This document shows positions 1 to 9,677 of a DNA stretch of 64,000 nt, one piece after another (position 1 is the first letter of the stretch; each line of letters begins with the position of its first letter). The notes under the pieces were generated by a model. The model worked only from the letters and a program-made list of their open reading frames with translations. It ran no database searches and had not been told where the DNA came from. Made by a program: the position numbers and the translations under genes. Origin of the DNA: a virus (Duplodnaviria > Caudoviricetes); IMG/VR virus record IMGVR_UViG_3300037466_003648, positions 141,181-205,180 of that record; one strand, written 5' to 3'.

Positions 1-3000
1 TGCCCCCGTTGCGTGCGAACAGCCCCGCCCCGGCGTAGGCACCCAGAGGCGCAAAGCCGTAGGTCGTGGCGAGACCGACACCAATCATTCCAGCACCCAA
101 GCGGACCGAAGCTTCCCAGTTGGTGTTGGGCTCGTAGCCGAAGCTCATGCCGAAGCGCACGGCATTCGCCGTCCAGCCGTCCTCGCCGCCGGTCGCGTCG
201 ATGAGGGCACGCAGGGCGCCGTCCATCGGGATCTCTTCTTCGTTCTTGTGGTCTCGGTACCAATCCCGGAAGCCCTTGCGACCGCGCAGATCGGAGTAGT
301 AGTACGGGAGCTTGACACTGCCGTGGATGCCCGACGGCATGCCCAGCATCGCCGTCAGCATGAAGGTGGTCTTGCCACCCTCGACGACGGCGCCGCCCCA
401 GACCGAGCCCAGGGGCAGGTAACCAATACGCATACCGTACGCCAGCGACAGCGAGACCTGTGCCTTGTCGGCCTGACCCGCCCATTGCTGCGCCATGTCG
501 AGCGTCGCCCGGATGGCACCCAGTTCTGCCTGGTCACGAGGACCGGCGCCAGCTGCCACCAGCTTTTCCATGCGCCCCAACGACATGCGCTCCGTCTCGT
601 TGACCATCATCGTGGTCGCCATGGTCTTGGTGACGACCTTGTACATGAGGTCTTCACGACTGGCCATGAACGACATGGTCATGTCGCGCTGCATCGCGGT
701 CAGGCGATCGACAAAGTACCCGGCGATGCCAGACGCCGACCAGTCTCGCAGACCCGCACGCTCCACCTCGCGGTAGGGGTTGTAGCCCCGCAGGTCGCTC
801 GCCACCGAGACCATCTTGGTCGCGCGCTGGGCAGCCCCCAATGGGTTGAAGGGGTTCATCGACATCCCGGCAACGAACTGGGCACCCCAACTCAAGCCGG
901 TGCTCAGCCCCACCGCGAGCGCGGGCATGATGTCCAGGATACCCGCCAACCCGCTGCGCGGTGCCAGGTCGGCCCAGCCAAAGTTGGTGACCGTCCCCGC
1001 CGCCCCGTGCAGCGTGTTCTCGCGGTCGATCTGGGTCTCCAGGGTCTCGCGCTTGGCAGACGCCAGCATGCCATAAGCGTGGGTCGCCACCGCGCCGACA
1101 AACAGTGCCTGGACGCCACGACGGGCCAAGGCACGTCCGGGAGTCAGGCCGGTCTCGCCGTAGAGGTGTCCATAGGAACGCGCGAATTGACCTTGTGCGT
1201 GGGCATCACGCCACAGCTCTTGGGCGCGCGACCAGTCGCCCCGCAGCGCCGCACCCCACCCCGCGCGGCGTGTCGCGCGCATCCCCGCGATGTGAGGGTT
1301 TGGTGCCAGGTTGAGCACGTCGGCGACGAGCCCGCCACCCGGCAGCTCGCGAATGAAGCGATTGGCAACTTGGTTGACCGCCCGAAAACGCTCGTGCAGC
1401 GTCATGCGCTTGGCGTCGTGCTCGATCTCGTAGATCGTGTGAACATGCCCGCTAGGCAGCGTCACCGTCTTGACGTTGATCTTGCCGCCGCGCTGACGAC
1501 GCAGGTCGAGCGCGAGTTGGCGGTCGGTGACCTGGACCTTCTTGAGCGACGACTTGTGGTCGTACACGCCCATGACATCGTCGATGAACTTGCGGCCAAC
1601 GTCCCCCGCTACCGCCCCGTAGGCTTCGCGCTGGACGCCCCACAAACCCTTGGAGATGCCCGCGTGCACGTCCATCGCGTACTCGCCCGCCTGACCAGCC
1701 GCCACCGTCGCGTCACGCACGAACGCCGACACCGGGCCATGCACGGGCGCGTTCAGCACCCGATCCCCGATGGTACGACTGATCCGCCCCATCCCGGAAG
1801 CCGCCCGCGCACCGATCTCGGCCATGAACATGGTCGACCGGATCAAGCCGATGTTCATTCCCAGGTTGAAGAGCGTGTCGTCTACCCAACGAGCGCCATC
1901 GGCATAGGTGCCCTCCGCCTTCGCGTCGATCGGACGGTAGTCGGCAGAGCCGTAAACCCGCAGCTGCTCGTCTTGATGGTTCCGACGATCGATCTGGGCG
2001 CCCAGGTTGACCAGCAGCGAGCCCAACGGCCCGCGGTTACCGCGTGCCTCGGTCAGCTCGCTCGCCGTGGCCGCCCAGCCACTGCCGAAGCGCTGGTTGA
2101 CGTAGTCCGTGATCTGACCGCGCCACAGCTCGCCGAAGGTGGGCAGCATTGCCTCGCGGTCGCTTCGCGTGATGACGTCCGGCATGGACGACGGCAACTG
2201 CCCCTCGTGTCCACCTGCGTACATCTCGGTGTAGAGGTGGCGATAGAAGCGCCCGGCCGAACGCATCGGGTTGACGAACGATCCCTGCTCGTGCGTGGCC
2301 GCTGCCCACGCGTACGCCTTGCGCGTGTCGGCATCGAAGATGACCTGGGGGTCCACGACGTACTGCCACGCCTTGCGTTGGCCGCCCAGCGAGATGCCGT
2401 GCAGGGGCATCATCGACGGCATGAAGGTGCCCAACTTCGTGAACGGCATGCGCAACTGCTCGCCCGCACCGAAGTCGAAGTTGGACTGAACCTGACGAGC
2501 GATGTCGGCTGCCACACGGGCATCGCGGGCGTGCAGCATCACTTCGGTGGAGCGCTCGCCGTTGTAGCCTTCCACCGCGGTCTTGGAGAAGCGCATGGAG
2601 CCCACCATGTAGGTGTCACCCATGGCGATGACGTTGGCGTGCCACGGGCGGTTGCCCCAACCCACATGCAGGTTGGTCAGCGTGCGTCCTGCCGCCGTTA
2701 GCTTCTGGAACGCACGACCCTCGTTATTGATGTCTTGCTGGTTCAGACCACCCAAGCCCACGTAGACCTGATCGCCGCGGCGCGCCTTCTGGATGATCGA
2801 GTCCAGGACGTGCGGATCGGAGAGCGTGGCCGACGCGATGTACAACGCTGCGTGGTTACCCCGATCCCCGATGATGCGGCTCAGCACGTCCAGCGCGGTG
2901 CCCGTGTCCTTGGGACTGGCGACCAGCAGATTCTGGGTCGAGACCGGCGCACGACCAGCAGCGATCGCGCCCAGCACCGTGTCCATCTGGCGGACGAGGT

Positions 3001-3442
3001 TGGCATCGCGGGTTGCCACGAAGTAGTTGAACTGGGTCTTGTCCTGGCCGGAGAAGCGGCTGTACTCCGGCAGCGTCGCCATGCCCAAACCCGTCTTGGT
3101 CATGTTGGCGGTGCCAACGAACATCACACGATCGCCGGTCGGGCTCGTGAACTCGCCGACCTTGGCGTGCAGACGCGAGCCGAAGGTCTTGCGATCGGCT
3201 TCGATCAGGTTCGTGTGACCCTTCAGGGTCTCGTAGGCTTGGGGGTTGGACCACTTCGCGGTGGTGCGCTCCGAACCCACGATGCGACCGCCGCCGGACA
3301 GAACCGAACGCGTGAGCCGGTTGTCCTCCACCTCGTAAGTGGTCATGACCGAACGCGACGACATACCGAGCAGGCTCAGTCGAGCCTGCTCGTCATCCCG
3401 GCCAAACCAGGTAGGCGAGGTGCGATCGTCGAAGGTGGGCAT
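1..3442 (-). CDS. Giant protein (>1147 aa, runs off window) with N-terminal tandem phospholipase D/nuclease-like domains; candidate tape measure or ejected virion protein
   Basis: ATG at 3442, 4 nt after the terminase stop (MPTFDDRTSPTWFG...). I found no in-frame stop down to base 1; the + strand ORFs 248..2701 and 2735..3817 are its antisense shadows. Motifs RLHAKVGEF..VMFVGTANMT (3104-3169) and PWHANVIAMGDTYMVGSMRFS (~2585-2645); Gly/Ala-rich hydrophobic segments further on. Confidence 0.8.
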   Translation of the reverse strand, partial: MPTFDDRTSPTWFGRDDEQARLSLLGMSSRSVMTTYEVEDNRLTRSVLSGGGRIVGSERTTAKWSNPQAYETLKGHTNLIEADRKTFGSRLHAKVGEFTSPTGDRVMFVGTANMTKTGLGMATLPEYSRFSGQDKTQFNYFVATRDANLVRQMDTVLGAIAAGRAPVSTQNLLVASPKDTGTALDVLSRIIGDRGNHAALYIASATLSDPHVLDSIIQKARRGDQVYVGLGGLNQQDINNEGRAFQKLTAAGRTLTNLHVGWGNRPWHANVIAMGDTYMVGSMRFSKTAVEGYNGERSTEVMLHARDARVAADIARQVQSNFDFGAGEQLRMPFTKLGTFMPSMMPLHGISLGGQRKAWQYVVDPQVIFDADTRKAYAWAAATHEQGSFVNPMRSAGRFYRHLYTEMYAGGHEGQLPSSMPDVITRSDREAMLPTFGELWRGQITDYVNQRFGSGWAATASELTEARGNRGPLGSLLVNLGAQIDRRNHQDEQLRVYGSADYRPIDAKAEGTYADGARWVDDTLFNLGMNIGLIRSTMFMAEIGARAASGMGRISRTIGDRVLNAPVHGPVSAFVRDATVAAGQAGEYAMDVHAGISKGLWGVQREAYGAVAGDVGRKFIDDVMGVYDHKSSLKKVQVTDRQLALDLRRQRGGKINVKTVTLPSGHVHTIYEIEHDAKRMTLHERFRAVNQVANRFIRELPGGGLVADVLNLAPNPHIAGMRATRRAGWGAALRGDWSRAQELWRDAHAQGQFARSYGHLYGETGLTPGRALARRGVQALFVGAVATHAYGMLASAKRETLETQIDRENTLHGAAGTVTNFGWADLAPRSGLAGILDIMPALAVGLSTGLSWGAQFVAGMSMNPFNPLGAAQRATKMVSVASDLRGYNPYREVERAGLRDWSASGIAGYFVDRLTAMQRDMTMSFMASREDLMYKVVTKTMATTMMVNETERMSLGRMEKLVAAGAGPRDQAELGAIRATLDMAQQWAGQADKAQVSLSLAYGMRIGYLPLGSVWGGAVVEGGKTTFMLTAMLGMPSGIHGSVKLPYYYSDLRGRKGFRDWYRDHKNEEEIPMDGALRALIDATGGEDGWTANAVRFGMSFGYEPNTNWEASVRLGAGMIGVGLATTYGFAPLGAYAGAGLFARNGG

Positions 3443-3445
3443 GCG

Positions 3446-5425
3446 TTACCAGTCGGCTTGGGTCACCGACGTCTTCCGCCCCATGGTCCGAATCGTCGCC
3501 CCTGCATTTCTGGGCGCGTTGTTGATCAACCGTTGATTGCTGCGTGCGGCCATGGCACGACCCTCATCGAAGATGTCGGAGATGACGCCCGCCGCACGCA
3601 CCTTGCCGACCGTGCGCATCTTGTCCGAACCCACTTCGAAGCTGCGGTACTTGCGCTCGTCCTGGGCGATCTTGTAGATGACGCAGGCCAGGCAGTCGGA
3701 CAAGTCCTTCGAGCCGCGGGGCTTCGGGTGATCGATGCGACGACCGTTCATCAGCTTCAGCTCGATCAACTCCTTGTGCAGCTGGGCAGCGGCGGGCGAC
3801 ACGCTCGGGTCCGGTAGCTGGATGCGCTCGGCGTAGAGCCAGTCGCGCAAGGTCAGGTAAATGTCGCGCTGGACCTGCTGACTAAAGCTCGACTTCCACT
3901 CGCGGGTATTCACGCCCTTCGAGTACAGGCGTTGGATGATCATGGCACTCTGCCAGTGGTCGAAGGTCATGTCCCGCAGGGTGATGTAGGGAGCCAGCTC
4001 CAGGATGATCTCTTCCACGTTCATGAAGTCCGTGGGGTAGATGTTCTTGCGGCCCTTGTCGAGCGGCTGCCACTTCAGGATGGTGTGCACGTCCGCGTGC
4101 ACCAACCCCGTGGCTGCGTCGTAGAAAGGCGAGGCGGCCACGAAACCGAAGCTGTCCTTCTTCAGACCGGGGTCTCCGTGCGCGTAGCTTTGGAAGCCGA
4201 TCGGAACGCTGATCGCATCGCGGTCGACGTGGATCTTAATGCCTGCCTTGATCTGCACGCCATCGGGTCCGACCACCTGCGTCTCGATGGCCTCGTAGCC
4301 GACCGGCAGACTCATGCGCGTCGTGACCTTCTGGACCAGCGGCTTCTGGAAGTAGGACTCCTCCGAACCGGGGCGGACGCCTGCGTAGTCGCGCTGCGCC
4401 TCGATGCCGCGTGCAGCGAACTCTTTGCGCATGAAGGGGTGCTCTTCGCCCAGCTTCGCGAACTCCGGGTTGATGTCCCAGGTGCAGAGGCGGAACGCCA
4501 GGATGTTGGCGCCCTCCTCGGTCTCTGCCATCTCGTACATCGTGTCCGTGATGTCGCCTTCCGCCCAGGCGGAGGAGATGACGATGCGCTTGGAGCCGAA
4601 CTTCTGGAGGGTGGTGACACCCTTGCCGACGTTGGCGTACATCTCCGCGCCCGACGCACCGCCTTGGGCTTCGACACCAAAGCGGTTGCCCTCGTCCATC
4701 GCGAAGATCATCAGGGTACGGCCGACCAGACCCTCGGAACGGCTGTGACCGGCCCAGAGCAGGAGGTTCTTGCTTTCGCAGTAGATCTCCAGCGCGTTGA
4801 CCTGGATGACGCCGGTGGCCATGAGACCCTGGAAGTAGGGGCTGTGCTCGATACGACCCTTGACGGCGGCGAACAGCGTGTCCTTGGACTGCTTCTCGGA
4901 GGTTGCCAACACGAGGAAGGCAATCAGGGATCCCGCCATCAAACCGAACGACGCGGCAGGGTCCTTGAGCTGCAGGAGCTTGTAGAACTCGAAGGTCACC
5001 ATGATGGAGGTCAGCGAGGTCTTGGAGCCGCGCATCCCGCACTCCAAACACAGCTCTTGGTACTCCTGGCCTTCGACCCAGGTGGTCTTGTTGTCCAGTG
5101 ACCACTGCTGGAGGATCTCGCGCTCGTCCCACGGATCGTCCGGGTGCATGTCGTAACGGGAGCACCAGCTGAAGATCTCTTCCTCGCGCTCGGCGCTCGT
5201 CCGGCCCGTGAGGTTGATGCACAGGTCGCGCCAGAGCCCCTTCTCCAGCGGCAGGTTGTACAGCGCCTTGAGGATGGCACGCTGGGTCGGCCACAGACGG
5301 ACGCCCAGGATCTCTGTAGCGAACTGGACAACGTCCATCGTTGTCTGGTCCTGCTGCATACCTTCTGCCACGATCTCGTGGATGAAGCTCTGTGCCTTGA
5401 GCAGTGGCTTGTTGATCTTACTCAT
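3446..5425 (-). CDS. terL: Terminase large subunit
   Basis: Walker A-like LECGMRGSKTS, Walker B IFAMDEG, RNase H-like nuclease motifs AHGDPGLKKDSFG and HPKPRGSKDLSDCLA; 659 aa. Confidence 0.92.
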   Translation of the reverse strand: MSKINKPLLKAQSFIHEIVAEGMQQDQTTMDVVQFATEILGVRLWPTQRAILKALYNLPLEKGLWRDLCINLTGRTSAEREEEIFSWCSRYDMHPDDPWDEREILQQWSLDNKTTWVEGQEYQELCLECGMRGSKTSLTSIMVTFEFYKLLQLKDPAASFGLMAGSLIAFLVLATSEKQSKDTLFAAVKGRIEHSPYFQGLMATGVIQVNALEIYCESKNLLLWAGHSRSEGLVGRTLMIFAMDEGNRFGVEAQGGASGAEMYANVGKGVTTLQKFGSKRIVISSAWAEGDITDTMYEMAETEEGANILAFRLCTWDINPEFAKLGEEHPFMRKEFAARGIEAQRDYAGVRPGSEESYFQKPLVQKVTTRMSLPVGYEAIETQVVGPDGVQIKAGIKIHVDRDAISVPIGFQSYAHGDPGLKKDSFGFVAASPFYDAATGLVHADVHTILKWQPLDKGRKNIYPTDFMNVEEIILELAPYITLRDMTFDHWQSAMIIQRLYSKGVNTREWKSSFSQQVQRDIYLTLRDWLYAERIQLPDPSVSPAAAQLHKELIELKLMNGRRIDHPKPRGSKDLSDCLACVIYKIAQDERKYRSFEVGSDKMRTVGKVRAAGVISDIFDEGRAMAARSNQRLINNAPRNAGATIRTMGRKTSVTQADW

Positions 5426-5633
5426 GGGACTTGCCCTCCGGGGACGCCTCGGGCAGCGCGTAGCTCATGATGGCGTCGAGGGGAACCTTGATCCATACGC
5501 TCTCCGCATCGGAAGCCATCACCGTCACAGGTACCAGCTCCTGAACGAAGCGCAGCCCCACCGCGTTCGGCTCGTCTTGCACCACCTTGAACAGGCGGCG
5601 CATGAGGTCGAACGCGAGGGGAATGCGAGCCAT
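5418..5633 (-). CDS. Hypothetical protein (71 aa)
   Basis: Fills the gap between amidase and terminase and overlaps the terL start by 8 nt. Confidence 0.6.
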   Translation of the reverse strand: MARIPLAFDLMRRLFKVVQDEPNAVGLRFVQELVPVTVMASDAESVWIKVPLDAIMSYALPEASPEGKSHE

Positions 5634-5637
5634 GGTC

Positions 5638-6405
5638 TTAGCCCTTGATGATGTCGAGCATCATGAACTTCTCGTGACCGGCCTTGAGCGCGTCGTAGAT
5701 GCGCAGCAGCTCGGTCATGATGCCGTTCATGTTCCCGGTACCCACATCCACACGGAATCGGCCGTAGCCGTCCTGCTGGGCGTAGCTGGCGTGGTCGCTA
5801 ACGACCTTCATCTGGATCATCTTGCCGGTCTTCCAGATGCTGTTGGCATTCGGCTGGTCGCAAGCCATCTGGTCGATCGTCTCCGTCGCGCGGGGGTCGA
5901 TTCGGTGCCAGGCGCAGTACTCCGCGGCCAGGCGGGCACCCACCATAAGCTGCGCCTTGGTGACCGGCTGGCCGGAGGCCATTGCCATGAACGAGATGCC
6001 GATCGAGCCCGTGTTGCGCGCCCAGAGGTGCTTGCCCTTCTGGTTGCCCTTGAGGAAGCGCACGGCGTACGCCTGACCGGTCTTCGCGTCGTACACCACG
6101 CCGAACTGGTAACCGTCCCAGCACTGGTTGTAGTTGCCCGCGCTCCAGTGGAAAATGATGCGCTTGGACGTACCGGGATCGCCGTCCTTCTGGTCGTTCT
6201 CGTAGCAGAGCTGCAGCGTGAGCGTGTTGCTCAACTTCACGGACGTGTGCCGTGCCGCGTAGTGACCGGTCAGGTCGTAGGCGATCGGTTGGGTGGTCGT
6301 CGGATGCACGACCGGCGCGAGCAACAGACCGGGTGCCTCGCACTCGGTCACCTCGTACCAGGTCGGGTGCTCCAGCTTCAGTTGGGTGAGGTTCTTGTCA
6401 GCCAC
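5638..6405 (-). CDS. N-acetylmuramoyl-L-alanine amidase (Amidase_2-type endolysin)
   Basis: RIIFHWSAG, YQFGV, HLWARNTGSIGISF and distal SDH motifs typical of Zn amidases; GTG start with AGGA RBS. Confidence 0.85.
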   Translation of the reverse strand: MADKNLTQLKLEHPTWYEVTECEAPGLLLAPVVHPTTTQPIAYDLTGHYAARHTSVKLSNTLTLQLCYENDQKDGDPGTSKRIIFHWSAGNYNQCWDGYQFGVVYDAKTGQAYAVRFLKGNQKGKHLWARNTGSIGISFMAMASGQPVTKAQLMVGARLAAEYCAWHRIDPRATETIDQMACDQPNANSIWKTGKMIQMKVVSDHASYAQQDGYGRFRVDVGTGNMNGIMTELLRIYDALKAGHEKFMMLDIIKG

Positions 6406-6418
6406 GGGGTCCTGCTTT

Positions 6419-6853
6419 CTAGAGTTGGGTCGGGTCGATCACCGCGACCATCACCACGCGAGGTGGCTTGAGGAGGGAGTCGTACCCAATGTAGAAGATG
6501 TCACCGTGCGAGCGCTGGAGCATGAAGGCCATGTCCAACAGGGCACGGCCAAAGCGCATCGTGCGGGTGTGGGGTGTGTTCAGGTCGTCGGTGGGATTCG
6601 AGACGTCCACCACCACCCGATGGGATTCGGTAAAGGTCTCGTCATACACAACATACCCTTGCTGATCCACTTCTGGCAGATCGATCAAGTAGACGAAGGG
6701 TTCTACGACCTTGACGGCATCCGCGTGCGTCAGGATCAACATCAGCTTGTGGTCACCCAACGTGTCCAGTCCCTGGAAACCGCCGGGCGCGGAAGCGGCT
6801 AAGGTCTTCAGGGCGTCGCGGACTTGGGGATCGAGCAGAACGAGCGAGTTCAT
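6419..6853 (-). CDS. Hypothetical protein (144 aa)
   Basis: Tightly packed minus-strand ORF with typical codon usage; no recognisable motif. Confidence 0.7.
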   Translation of the reverse strand: MNSLVLLDPQVRDALKTLAASAPGGFQGLDTLGDHKLMLILTHADAVKVVEPFVYLIDLPEVDQQGYVVYDETFTESHRVVVDVSNPTDDLNTPHTRTMRFGRALLDMAFMLQRSHGDIFYIGYDSLLKPPRVVMVAVIDPTQL

Positions 6854-6858
6854 GGCGG

Positions 6859-8613
6859 CTACCTGTTGTTGTCGGCACGCAGCTGGTTCAGCTTCGTGTA
6901 CAGCGGCTTGAGGCGCTCACGCAGCCCGGATGCCTGGGCAATCGCAGCAGCCTTGACGGTCTCGTCCATCGACGTTGCACCGATGCTGTTGTTGTACTGG
7001 CTGATCGCCGTGTCGGCAGCATCGATGGCAGAGGATGCGGCACCAATGGCTGCCGTACCCGCAGCTTGCAGCTTGGGATCTCCCTTGGTCAGGTCCACCG
7101 TATTCAGCTGCCGTTGGCCCGCCGTGGCCGCGTAAGCAGCAACAGCCGTGGCCGCCTTGGCAACCTTGCCCTCGGCCGCGGTCACCAGTTGGGCGGCCGA
7201 CTCGAAGTTCTTGCCGTTGGGTGTTGCCGTGCGAGTGCGCGGGGCCGGGTCGGTGATCTTGCCACCGCCGCCCAGCACCTGGTTGCTGGCACCGCCCGCG
7301 GGGATCTTGGTGTCCTGCTTGGCCTGCAGGGTCTCCTTGGTCGCGCGCTGCACCAGGGTCGTGTCCGCATCCGAACCACCCTCGATGCCGCCCACGGCAA
7401 AGCACTGGAACTTGTAGTAGGTACGGGCATCGTCGCGGTACCAGCGGGTGTAGTTGGTCACGATGACCTGGTACTTGATGCGCACCACGCCGCTGAAGAT
7501 CTCGAAGTCGACCGCCGTGCCGCCCTTTACCGCGTTGTCGAGGAACACCCGCGACACCTGCCACGAGCCGCCCTTCTTCTCCGGGTCCGTGTAGAGCGGG
7601 TCGGGGTTGTAGGGATCGTGGTAGCCGACCTTGTGCAGATCTTGGTTCAACAGACGCGCCTGGTCCCAACCCAAGAACGCTCCCACGAACTCGATCATCA
7701 AACCCTGGATGCCCAAGGACTGGTAGACAGGCGCACCGCCGGGAATGAGCAGCGTCGCGTAGTTCTGGACGTGCACGAAACGGATGCCCGCCTCGGCACC
7801 GGGTGCTTGCTGACCCTGTACCCCACCGTGGATGGGCAGGATCGAGTTGGTGGCAGGGGGCAGCTCGAACGGCACGTTCGCGAGCTTGACCTCCATGTGA
7901 CCTGCGTGACCCACGTTGACCTGGTGCGTGGGTGGCGTGCGCGTGAAGGTAGGCGGCGTGTCGTCCGGCCAGTAGTACTCGACCAGCTGCGGCTGGGGTG
8001 GCCGGTAGCCGAAGTTGAGACCGTACTGCTTGGCGAGCAGCCCCAGCGCCGCACCGGCCAGGTTGGGCAACAGGACGCCTGTGATCGCGTCGGCCGCCAC
8101 ACCCCCGAAATTGCCTTGCAAGATGTCGGCCAGGATCGTGTCGCGCGTCGAGGGCGACATGTTCGAGAGCACCGCCCCGACGGCCGGAATGTGCTGACCG
8201 AACGTGTCGAGCACACTGTCCATGACCTGGACGCCCGTGCCCGGCCACGAGAGCGTGGAGATCACCGCACCGGGGTTTTGGGCGACCGTGTCGATCGCGT
8301 CGATGCCCTTCTGATACAGCTCGCCGACGATGCCCTGCACGCCGCTGTCACCACTGGCGGGCAGGAGTCCCGTCTGGTAGAGCATACCGTCAAGGTAGGT
8401 CTGGCCGTCGAGGTAGTTGTTACCGGTACCCGCCTTCGCCTGTCGGATGCGATGGGCGACGTCCGGGGGCATCTCGTTGTTGTTGACCGAGGCCAGCAGG
8501 GTATCCCCAAGCGTTGGATCCCCGGAGAGTTGGTTGACGCCCAGAACTGTTGGCTGCTTCGTAACAGAAGCAGCCAGGTTCGCGAACTCGGCAGTCAGGA
8601 ACTCCAGCCCCAT
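6859..8613 (-). CDS. Putative virion protein with Mu gpN/P2 gpU-like (tube-initiator-type) domain
   Basis: Central YATLLIPGGAPVYQSLGIQGLMIEFVGAFLGWD resembles the DNA-circularisation-N/gpU pattern; helical Ala-rich C-terminus; RBS GGAG. Family call is by eye. Confidence 0.45.
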   Translation of the reverse strand: MGLEFLTAEFANLAASVTKQPTVLGVNQLSGDPTLGDTLLASVNNNEMPPDVAHRIRQAKAGTGNNYLDGQTYLDGMLYQTGLLPASGDSGVQGIVGELYQKGIDAIDTVAQNPGAVISTLSWPGTGVQVMDSVLDTFGQHIPAVGAVLSNMSPSTRDTILADILQGNFGGVAADAITGVLLPNLAGAALGLLAKQYGLNFGYRPPQPQLVEYYWPDDTPPTFTRTPPTHQVNVGHAGHMEVKLANVPFELPPATNSILPIHGGVQGQQAPGAEAGIRFVHVQNYATLLIPGGAPVYQSLGIQGLMIEFVGAFLGWDQARLLNQDLHKVGYHDPYNPDPLYTDPEKKGGSWQVSRVFLDNAVKGGTAVDFEIFSGVVRIKYQVIVTNYTRWYRDDARTYYKFQCFAVGGIEGGSDADTTLVQRATKETLQAKQDTKIPAGGASNQVLGGGGKITDPAPRTRTATPNGKNFESAAQLVTAAEGKVAKAATAVAAYAATAGQRQLNTVDLTKGDPKLQAAGTAAIGAASSAIDAADTAISQYNNSIGATSMDETVKAAAIAQASGLRERLKPLYTKLNQLRADNNR

Positions 8614-8622
8614 GGGCGTCTC

Positions 8623-9084
8623 CTACTTCGTGCGGCTTACCGCGGGCGGATCGGCCGGGGGTGCTGCCTTCTGCGGCGACCAGTTCATGATGAGCGTGAG
8701 GGTCAACCCCAGTGCCGACAACCCAACGGTGATCAGGGTCACGTAGGTCGCCGTCGTGTTGGAGTGCATGCTCTTCAGCAGCTCCAGGTGGTTGTGGTTG
8801 GTCTCGGCAATGGCCTCTTGAGCGGCATTCACCGCGGTTCCCAGCAGCGCCATCTGCTGCTGGGTCGCATCCAGACGAGCTTGGATCTCGTGCCGCGGCA
8901 CGAAGCTCTGAGGCAGTGCCTTCAACTCGTTCAAGGTCGCACGAATCTCGTCGAGCTTCGAGTTCAACACGGCCAGTTGCTGGTTGTTCTGACTGGTCTG
9001 CGAGGCCGTTTCTGCCAGGCGCTTGTCCAGCTCCTGCAGCTTCTGCTCCAGCAAACCAATTCGCTGCTCCAACACTTCGGACAT
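8623..9084 (-). CDS. Coiled-coil protein with C-terminal transmembrane helix (XhlA-like lysis accessory)
   Basis: Heptad-rich N-terminal 110 aa followed by YVTLITVGLSALGLTLTLIM. Confidence 0.55.
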   Translation of the reverse strand: MSEVLEQRIGLLEQKLQELDKRLAETASQTSQNNQQLAVLNSKLDEIRATLNELKALPQSFVPRHEIQARLDATQQQMALLGTAVNAAQEAIAETNHNHLELLKSMHSNTTATYVTLITVGLSALGLTLTLIMNWSPQKAAPPADPPAVSRTK

Positions 9085-9094
9085 GGGCTTCTCC

Positions 9095-9421
9095 TTACGG
9101 CCGCAAGCTATCGAGAACCAACACGCTGAAAAGCCCCGTAGACTGGGACTTCCCGTTCTGGAAGGTCACGACAACCTCCCCGGAGTAGGTACCAACAGTG
9201 TTGGTGTCGCCGTTCTGCCAGGCATACTCGGCCTTGCCGTCTTCGGCATCGGTCACGGTGCAGGCGCGATGGTCGATCAGGAGGTTCGTGGAGTCGGTGC
9301 CCATCGAGAACGTGATGGACGAGACGTCTGTCAGGTCGACACAACTTCCATCTCGCTTCTTGAGATGGAACTGCAGGATCGGGAGCAAGTCCTTCTTGTA
9401 GATGGAAAATTCGATGGCCAT
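9095..9421 (-). CDS. BppU N-terminal-like Ig-fold virion protein
   Basis: ILQFHLKKRDGSCVDLTDV...DAEDGKAEYAWQNGDTNTVGTYSGEVVVTFQNGK pattern. Confidence 0.65.
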   Translation of the reverse strand: MAIEFSIYKKDLLPILQFHLKKRDGSCVDLTDVSSITFSMGTDSTNLLIDHRACTVTDAEDGKAEYAWQNGDTNTVGTYSGEVVVTFQNGKSQSTGLFSVLVLDSLRP

Positions 9422-9422
9422 G

Positions 9423-9554
9423 CTAGTCCCCCAGCACCAAGGTCAACACGACGGACGGCGTCATCACCAGTGCCAAGGGGGCACTGTCGATCACCAGACC
9501 GAGGGTCTGATCGTTCTCGATGATCAGCACGAGCGAAGTCGTAGGATCGGTCAT
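9423..9554 (-). CDS. Small hydrophobic protein (43 aa, MTDPTTSLVLIIENDQTLGLVIDSAPLALVMTPSVVLTLVLGD)
   Basis: ATG at 9554 with GAGGAG RBS; stop lies 1 nt from the next start. The ORF-track start (9617) is too far upstream. Confidence 0.6.
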   Translation of the reverse strand: MTDPTTSLVLIIENDQTLGLVIDSAPLALVMTPSVVLTLVLGD

Positions 9555-9599
9555 CGGCGTGGGGCTCCTCCACGAGCATGGTGGAGTGAAACTGCGTCT

Positions 9600-9641
9600 A
9601 ACTTCTGGGCGACGCAACCGAAGCTGCGTCGCCCAGAAGTT
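9600..9641. repeat. Perfect 17-bp inverted repeat (hairpin), no U-tract
   Basis: AACTTCTGGGCGACGCA (9600-9616), 8-nt loop, TGCGTCGCCCAGAAGTT (9625-9641); intergenic. Confidence 0.9.
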
Positions 9642-9677
9642 GGAGTGAGGAGGAGAGGGAAGGAATGGAGCGGAAAA

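Noticed and set aside
3446-5425. Intein or intron in the long terminase gene
   Set aside because: No Cys/Ser...His-Asn splice motifs or homing endonuclease signature; the extra length comes from short insertions and a C-terminal tail.
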